Of a stretch of 64,000 nucleotides of DNA, positions 63,161 to 64,000 are shown piece by piece (positions within the stretch are counted from its first letter, which is position 1; every line of letters starts with the position of its first letter). The notes beneath the pieces are model-generated. The model saw nothing but the letters and a program-made list of their open reading frames with translations. It ran no database searches and was not told where the DNA came from. The DNA lies in contig OZ176055.1 in NCBI GenBank assembly GCA_964247055.1, forward strand, positions 6,758,001-6,822,000, given 5' to 3'. Source of the DNA: Paragordius varius. Lineage: Eukaryota; Animalia; Nematomorpha. The position numbers and the translations under genes were made by a program.

Positions 63161-64000
63161 ATGACAAATTTATATAAACAGATACCGAAAGTATTTTTAT
63201 GTAAACATCACATGTTACGCAATACCACACCGTGGTTATCGAAGGTAATTTTGGATTTATATATTAAGTATCAACACACATTAAAATGTACTCTATCTTC
63301 GACTTTTCAACAAAGAAGGGTATGCATTTTGTACTAAATATCATAGAGTTTTAGCAAACAGTATCCTGTTGTGGATCATACATATGACGCTTTAGTTGTA
63401 GGGGCTGGTGGTGCTGGACTTAGGGCAGCATTTGGTCTTGCCAGTTCTGGCTTTAAAACTGTTTGTATATCGAAACTTTTTCCGACACGGAGTCATACTG
63501 TAGCTGCTCAAGGGGGAATTAATGCGGCCCTAGGAAACATGGAACCCGATGATTGGAAATGGCACATGTAATTAATGTTTTTAACCATATTTTTGTTTTT
63601 AAGCCGTGGTCCTGACTATAATTTTTTGGATAAAGACCGTGCACCATATAATACCGAAGAGTATAGGGTATCTGGCACATATGCACATGTTTATACTTTA
63701 ACTAAGCGCATAAAAATAAATTAATTAGGTCCATGTGGCCTGTTGTCTGATGTTTCTCTACCATTAATTTACTCTCTTAAATTAATAACCAATTAAGAGT
63801 GCAGAGAGTTTTTTTACAATTTTTTAAGATCAAAACATATAAATTTAAAATATTTTAATTTTGCATTCAACCATTGTTTACACACATAGTTTAAGGGTAC
63901 AATATATTGTTTTTTCCAAAAAAATTATTTTACACACTTTGATTAGGTATGACACAGTTAAAGGTTCAGATTGGCTGGGAGATCAAGATGCAATCCAATA
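63161..64000 (+). CDS. SDHA: Succinate dehydrogenase flavoprotein subunit, 5' part (runs off the window). Exons 63161-63244, possibly 63269-63319, 63347-63567, 63947-64000
   Basis: [50 protein letters not shown] and WHM|[16 protein letters not shown]. The structure of the targeting-peptide exons is uncertain. Confidence 0.97.

Overview
Very AT-rich, repeat-dense eukaryotic (animal, invertebrate-like) nuclear DNA, not prokaryotic. I can assemble eight spliced or intronless genes by hand. They are an ABHD17-type depalmitoylase (+), COG2 (-), RPB4/POLR2D (+, intronless), an Ldh_2-family oxidoreductase (+), PGAM5 (+), a very large biogenic-amine-type GPCR (+), UBAP1 (+, intronless) and the 5' part of SDHA (+). 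Introns and intergenic DNA are filled with non-autonomous DNA transposons: Helitrons, foldback/MITE elements, Chapaev-like and hAT elements, and a decayed mariner. Five observations stand out. (1) At least five 23-32 nt spliceosomal introns are needed to restore conserved frames, alongside kb-size introns, and all fit a 'first AG at >=23 nt' rule. (2) The COG2 and RPB4 start codons are head-to-head only 11 bp apart. (3) Four sequence-distinct foldback families share TACCATTT termini and a 21-bp subterminal period. (4) The amine GPCR has a ~470-aa second extracellular loop and an EQY motif in place of DRY. (5) A composite Helitron junction recurs at two loci. Orthology calls come from motifs I remember, not database searches. 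Exon boundaries are manual and need RNA-seq confirmation.
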